From assembly GCA_011109175.1 (NCBI GenBank), contig RDEW01000007.1:91424-155423 (forward strand): DNA of 64,000 bases. Reading direction: 5' to 3'. This DNA is from Dicyema japonicum. Its lineage: Eukaryota; Animalia; Dicyemida. Shown here in pieces: positions 57,930 through 64,000 of the stretch. The notes under the pieces were generated by a model, which was not told the origin of the DNA, made no database searches, and was given only the letters and a program-made list of their open reading frames with translations. Every line of letters begins with the position of its first letter. Within the stretch, counting starts at the first letter, position 1. The position numbers and the translations under genes were made by a program.

Positions 57930-58915
57930 AATTAAAAATGAAAACATTAATTTCCTTTAGAATAATCAGTTATTCTTGTTTTAATGTTCGTTTTGATGTT
58001 TCTACTAACATCATCGAAGACATTGAAGACATTTAAGTTAACTTCATCCTTCTGTTTAAAGTACTTCCTCAATGTATAGACAGCATTCGTTGCATCATAG
58101 TCTAAAACGACTTGTTCATTCTTTTGTTCTCCATCATTAATGCATTCTTTGTCATCATCATTTTCATCCAAATTTTCCAGGATCTCTTTATTCTCTGTAT
58201 ACTCATAGAGAAGAAACTCATCTTCTGGAAATGGATCATTTATTTGCAGCCTTGAAACAAATTCTTGATAAGTTTCAGGAGGAAATTCGTCATTAATTTC
58301 TTCATAAAATCTTGGGTCCATTCAGCATGTCGAAAACAGCTGATAATTTTTGTACTATTCAGTTTTTTTCCATGCTTGATAGGTATAATTATAGCATTCT
58401 TTAGGCTTATTTCTTTACATGCTTCGGTTGATGATTTTCCGTCTTCAATTTTTTCAGTTTTTTTGAATTAACAAAATAAAAATAATAAGAAAATAAAAAA
58501 AATTATTTTTAAAAATGCGGCGGATTCGAGAGGTTTTTACTGTAATAATAATATTTTTCTTTGTTGAGTAACCAATTTCTCATTTAGCTTGCATAACCAG
58601 CTTTTGATAATGTTCTTAGTCATCCATGCACTTTTGGAAGCAAAATATAAAACACTAAAATCTTTAACATTGAAATTTTTGAAACAGCAAATTATATTTC
58701 CCAAGCCTTTTTTTTAATTATTGGCCCTGATATTGGAAAATCATGTTTTCTGAGTTTCTGGAATTTTTCAAATACTTTGTGATCAAATTATTTGTCTTTT
58801 GATGTTGGTGCCCCGATTTGGGGCTCCAGAAAATTTCCAAATTTGGAAATTAATGCTGGAAAATAGACTCCAAATGAAAATGCCCGATAAGCGGGTGTGC
58901 TCCACCGCCGGGGTA
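57930..58915 (-). mobile_element. pogo/Tigger remnants
   Basis: Acidic C-terminus ending KTRITDY, and ASKSAWMT. 58805-58910 resembles the reverse complement of 7950-8050. Confidence 0.7.
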
Positions 58916-58979
58916 TATTTTCCTGATGCCTCCATCAGCTCAGTTGGGTTCGGATTTTGTCCATAAAGTTGCTGAATTT

Positions 58980-59450
58980 GGAAGCAGCCATGAGGGAACT
59001 CAGACCGTTATACAAAGAGAATATGATTAGCAGACGATGTCGACCTAATTTCCAAAGACTAGAGCGCTCTTGGAACATTTATAAGAAATTGGGAAATGGA
59101 TTCCAACTGTAAATAAAACAGAATTCTCTTGTAAGAGAATGTGAGGATATTATACGAAGAATGCGGTTATACATAAAGTATTATGACTTAAAAGAAAAGG
59201 AGTCAGCATCAAACTCAGGATACTGCTATACAATTTGCTTATATTTTAATACAACGCTGGGACCTGGGTTGCCTCTAAGGGAAAAGTAGAGAGGTTGAAC
59301 TTGTTCCACATGGACCATATGAGAAAAAAAGATAAATTTTCCTGCAATAATACGAAAGTACTTGAAAAAACGTAAAACATTAATTGACGACCTGGAAGTA
59401 TTAAGAGCCATAGATTATAATAGGATGTATGAAATTGACACTAAAATTGT
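58980..59450 (+). mobile_element. Degenerate RTE-like LINE fragment
   Basis: ADDVDLIS, YNAGTW..LNLFH. Confidence 0.55.
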
Positions 59451-59539
59451 TCTTTTGCTGCACATAAATATGGCTGTGGCGAAAGTGCTAATAAAATAAC
59501 AACAAATTAAATAAATGAAAACCTCAGTAAAATTATTTA

Positions 59540-61345
59540 CCTATAGGATTATATAGAGTATAACCTGGCCAAAGAATATATCTTAATTTTAAAGCCAATC
59601 TCCGTAAACTTTCATCATTGTTAGTGATTTCCATTGCATCAAAATAGTTAGCTGATTTCACCAAATCACTAGAATAATTAATTCACAAACTCAATAACTC
59701 CCAGTAAATCACTATCAGACTATCTCTAGCAATCAAACCTTATTTAGACTATAGATTACTGAACTCATTTAATGATGGTTCAATACTTTGAGAATTATCA
59801 AAAGACTCAGAGGCAAGTACCTCACCCATGTAGTCTAAATAGAATCACCAATTACCTTCCTGATCACTCTGAAATAGACTAAAAAACATATTGCCAGAAA
59901 AAGTCTCATCTATAAAGTCAGTACAAGAAGTTAATATACTTTATAATCATTCACATCTTCAATAAGAGATTTTTTTACTATCCACATCTTGGTTGATTTT
60001 ATTAATTGATTTGCTAGCAGAGATATCCTTACTTAACTCAATCATAGGAGACTTAATATCATCGTCATCATTGATTTCACTCATAGCAGATTTACCATCA
60101 ATATTCACATTGGTTTCTCTCACGTGTAAAGAATCGACGAGGAATTCTTACTATATTTTTGTTTAGTCGAGGTTCTTCATCCTCATGGTCATAGTCAGTT
60201 AATTCTAATATAAGTAATTTTTAATCATTCGTCCACTTGATTGAATCATCATGGTTATGATCTCATCATTAATCACATATCCATTCTCAAATAAAAGTTC
60301 ATGATTAGATATTCCAAAGCAATCTGAAATTACTAGTTAAATGACCATCAAATCCTCTAAAATGCCTCATACAATCTTCAAAAAGTGGAGGAATCTCAGA
60401 GGCCACGTGGGACAGTTGAATCTGAGTCTTAGAGAGGTGAACTTTACGTTCGTCAAACGAAAACAGTTCTGTGAGTTCCATAAATGAGAAATATTGGTTA
60501 AAAAATCTATCCTTATCATCTGGCTTACTGAAAAGACCACGGTTTATGGTATCCTTGATTACTTGTGTCCTGTAAATCTTCTCTTCCACAGTCCCGCAGG
60601 TAGTGAGTCTATAGACCACGACAGGTCGATTCTGTCCTACTCTATGAACTCGGGCCACCGCCTGATTATCGTTGGCAGGATTCGAACTTGGATCATCTAC
60701 AATGAGGTCCCTCCCTTACATATCACAACACTGTCCGCTTCGGTGAGGTTCAGTCCGACACCTCCAACCATGGTTGTAAGCAATAGGAAAGACACACGGC
60801 TATCTCTAGCCTAAACGCCTTTATAATCTGGTTCCTCCGCTCTTGAGAAGTAATACTTAACAGGAAATGTCTCTGTTAATAAAAATGAAACGAAACCTGT
60901 CCAGTAAGGATATTCTCTATCATATCTAACACAACTAAGGCTGAATATTAGAGTTCTGTGACCTTCAGCTTGGAGGGAATTCAACAGTCTAATTACAAAT
61001 TTCAATTTTCCTGATGCCTCCATCAGCTCAGTTGGGTTCGGATTTTGTTCAAAAAGTTGCTGAAAACTAAAGTAAAAAACTTATTGAGTACGTACTCTCC
61101 AAATCCTTTATCCCTGAGAATTTCTCAGAGAGCTCTCTAATACGTGAAAGAGGCAATCTTAAAGGATGTTCAGAGAGTTTCTTTAAATTTTGAATTGCTA
61201 TTAGAAAGGACTATGAAATGACTGAATTAGTATACTCTGTTAAAGTCATCAACATCAATTAATTGTTTGTACCGAAAGATCTGCTGATTACTGAGATATG
61301 TCCAACATACGAGGTCCAGTTTTAGGGGGATTTCAATATATTGTG
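59540..61345 (-). pseudogene. ERCC6L: ERCC6L/PICH SNF2-family helicase, C-terminal half only
   Basis: LKKLSEHP, ELMEASGKLKF, EGHRTLIFS, FLLLTTMVGGVGLNLTEA, YDPS.NPA.D.QAVARV.R.GQ..PVVVYRLTTCGTVEEKIYR.QV.K, FGISNHELLF. Tiny introns and two apparent frameshifts. The upstream ATPase lobe is absent. The 3' end is approximate. Confidence 0.85.
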
Positions 61346-61354
61346 AGTTTACTT

Positions 61355-63810
61355 CAATTTATTTATTTATTTTAATAACCCCGGGAACACCGAGAAAGAA
61401 AGACAAAAGAGTCAGACAGTTAGGTGATCCCAGTCCTCGCAATCACTTGTGCCATTCGACGTCTGTGATCCTCCATCGTCCCCACTACTTTCCGGAAGAG
61501 CCTTCTCTCGGTTTTTGCAGAGGAATCCGATCGGGGAGAATGTTCAATTTTGTCTGAGTTTTAAGGGATGCGACTTGAGTCGAGCGGTTCCGTATTGCAA
61601 TGACTACGTCGTCTGCGTAGGATAATAGCAGGGAATCTTCGTCTCCATCATTAGGTAGGTCGTGTAGGAAAAGGTTGAATAGAATTGGTGAAAGTGGAGA
61701 CCCCTGGGGTACCCCGTTCGGTAGTAATCGTGATCTAGATCTGAGATCACCACTGACTACTCTTCCACGTCTTCCAGACAAAAAGTTGGCCAGCCATAAT
61801 TTCACATTCGGACGAATATTAGTAGAAAAATTTTTCCAACCAAGATTTTCCTCGAAACAGTGTCAAAGGCTTTGTTGATGTCAATAGAAACCAAGATTGT
61901 GCGTTTGTGAGGCGGAGGATGGGTGTTAAAACCGTCGGCAATGAACTGCGATAAAGTTGCCAAGTATGTAGCGGTGGACCTACCGCGGAGGAAACCATGT
62001 TGAAATATAGGACGCGGAAGATACGGAATAATGACTGATAATACAAGTTTCTCCATAATTTTTGACAGTGTGCTGGTAACGGAAATAGGCCTGTAGGATG
62101 CAGGTTCTGTCTCTGGTTTCCCAGCCTTCAATATCGGTCTGATGATAGAATTCTTCCAAATCTTAGGAATAATATTATAGTTAATGGACAGATTGTATAT
62201 ATGCGTGAGGTAGCCAATTGCGTAGTGGCTTAGGTGTTTTAGGTGAATAGAAGATACTTTGTCAGGCCCGCACGCCCGTGAGCTCTTTAATCTGGTGATC
62301 ACATCCAAGACTTGGTCATCTGTGAATAGTTCGTGGTAAGGTTCCTTCTTCGGTTTATGGGCACGCACCTTAATGTCCAGGTGTTTCGAGAATGGTTTGA
62401 AGCTAATTCCAGCGTAATGTTTCATAAGGATGTTAGGATGTAGGTGGCATAAGTGTTCAGGAGAAGACTTTCCGGTTCCGTCTGCATCATCCAGCTCCGA
62501 CTTGACTTGTTTAAGAGTTTTCCAGAAGTGTCGGGATGTACTTTTCCTGTCGAGGTGGTTAACTAGATGCTGCCATCTCTTGTCCTTGTGTTCTTTTATG
62601 CTCTGACAGATCTTTTATTCAGTTGTCTGAGGGCTGTCAAAGACTTCATGTCCAACAGATGGCATCTCTTCAGCCGGTCTCTTTGTTTTATAAGACTTAT
62701 TGTATAAGAGCTGAGGGTAGGAATAAACTTCTTGTATGACGATATAGGAATAAAAATATGGTCAGCTTTCTGAATGGCAGCGCTGATAATTTCAGCGGCC
62801 TCATCAATGGAGCGTATTGGAAAGGATAATCTCCGAGCCAAGAATTTATCCACAAGGTTACTGAAACCAGACCAGTCAACCTTCGTATAATCCTTGAATC
62901 TTTTTGATTTCGCCGCCGTCTCCTGTATCGTCGAAGACCTCTCAATTTTAGAAGGATTGGATTGTGGTCACTGGGAAGCCGTAAAAGACGTTCCAGGAGA
63001 TGAGTCCAGCCAGAGAAGGTGAGCATATGTTAAGTCGGGGGATGTGCAGCTATCAGTCATCCTTAATGGGTCCTCGTATGTGAGTTAGGGTTGTTCAGTA
63101 TAATCAGGTCAGGAAGATAATTTGCAATGAGTTTTCTTCGGTTATCAGATAATTGGGAAGTGAGCCAAACTGGATGTCGTGCATTAAGATCCCCACATAA
63201 CAGTAGATTTTTCAACGTTGAAATGCGTGATAAATCAGGGGTGTAAGATGACGGACACGATCCTTGTGGAGGAATATATAAATTAGCTAAATGGATCCAA
63301 AAGAACGGGAATAACACCATTTTGACAGTAATCTGCTCCAAAGTCTTGTCGGAGCCAAGAAGCTCTGAGGTTAGTTGAGTTGTATCCACAAAAAGAAAAT
63401 CGTTCTTTATAATAGTAAGTAGTCCTCCTCCGCGTCTTCCCTGACGATCTTTACGGATCACTGTGTATCCGGGAAAAGAGGGTGTTGGTATGGAGGGAGA
63501 TAGCTTGGACTCCTGTATTAAAGCGAGGTCAGCCTCATTTTCGCGGAGGAGAGCCCGGAGTTCAAAGATTTTCTTCCTGATCCCATTTGTATACAGTTGT
63601 ATAATTGTAAAACCTCTCCATGGACCAGGATTGGTTTCGACGTCTCCACATAGAAGAATCAAAAGTCTGGACAAATGGGACACCAGACAGGGTCGAAGAC
63701 ACAGGGGATGAAAGGACCACCAGACGGTGGGGAGAAGCTGTTGGCTCTTTTCGTTCCATTTTGGAATGGGTGACACCGTTTCTGGTGAGCCACATGACAC
63801 CACGCTAACA
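61355..63810 (-). mobile_element. Ingi-like LINE family A, copy 2, with an internal deletion of roughly 0.55 kb
   Basis: Highly similar to copy 1. Intact leader, 2A (63621-63647) and 3' tail. The deletion junction is near 61535. No TSD found. Confidence 0.95.
63742..63805 (-). ncRNA. Candidate HDV-like ribozyme leader (family A copy 2)
   Basis: As copy 1, with loop AGAAAC and hairpin UUCCA-AAA-UGGAA. Confidence 0.55.
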
Positions 63811-64000
63811 TTTTCATTCCATACATCTAAGATATATTATAACACACTTAATATTATCATAACAGAAAAGATAAATTAACAAAGTGTATTTAATAAATAA
63901 AATTAAATACTAAAAAATGGAGTAAATAAAAGAATAGTAATGTGCTAATCCACAATAAACCTCAGTTAATATGACTGATGCATCCCAAGTCCATTACATC

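Overview
AT-rich eukaryotic DNA. A few compact host genes with tiny GT-AG introns (about 21-29 nt) sit in a dense field of nested transposon debris. Host genes: an RGS-domain gene, an NRAMP/SLC11 metal transporter, a partial CPVL-like serine carboxypeptidase, a partial ERCC6L/PICH helicase and one small unidentified gene. Mobile elements: Ingi-like APE LINEs, RTE-like LINEs, CRE-like and R4-like RLE retrotransposons, pogo/Tigger, hAT/Buster and IS630-Tc1. The intron sizes suggest a genome-reduced parasite such as a dicyemid or myxozoan (inference only). The most interesting signal is in the Ingi-like LINEs. Several divergent families share (i) a ~65-75 nt 5' leader with HDV-ribozyme helix order and compensatory base changes, (ii) a 2A StopGo peptide directly before the endonuclease, and (iii) a covarying 3' stem-loop built from the invariant last codons of ORF2 (GGG ATC ACN, Gly-Ile-Thr-stop). 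A ~170-bp derivative joins the leader directly to the 3' end. This resembles the trypanosome L1Tc/ingi plus NARTc/RIME system. All folding was done by eye and ribozyme activity is untested. Single-base homopolymer indels in host genes and a duplication across an N indicate assembly errors, so frameshifts should be read cautiously.
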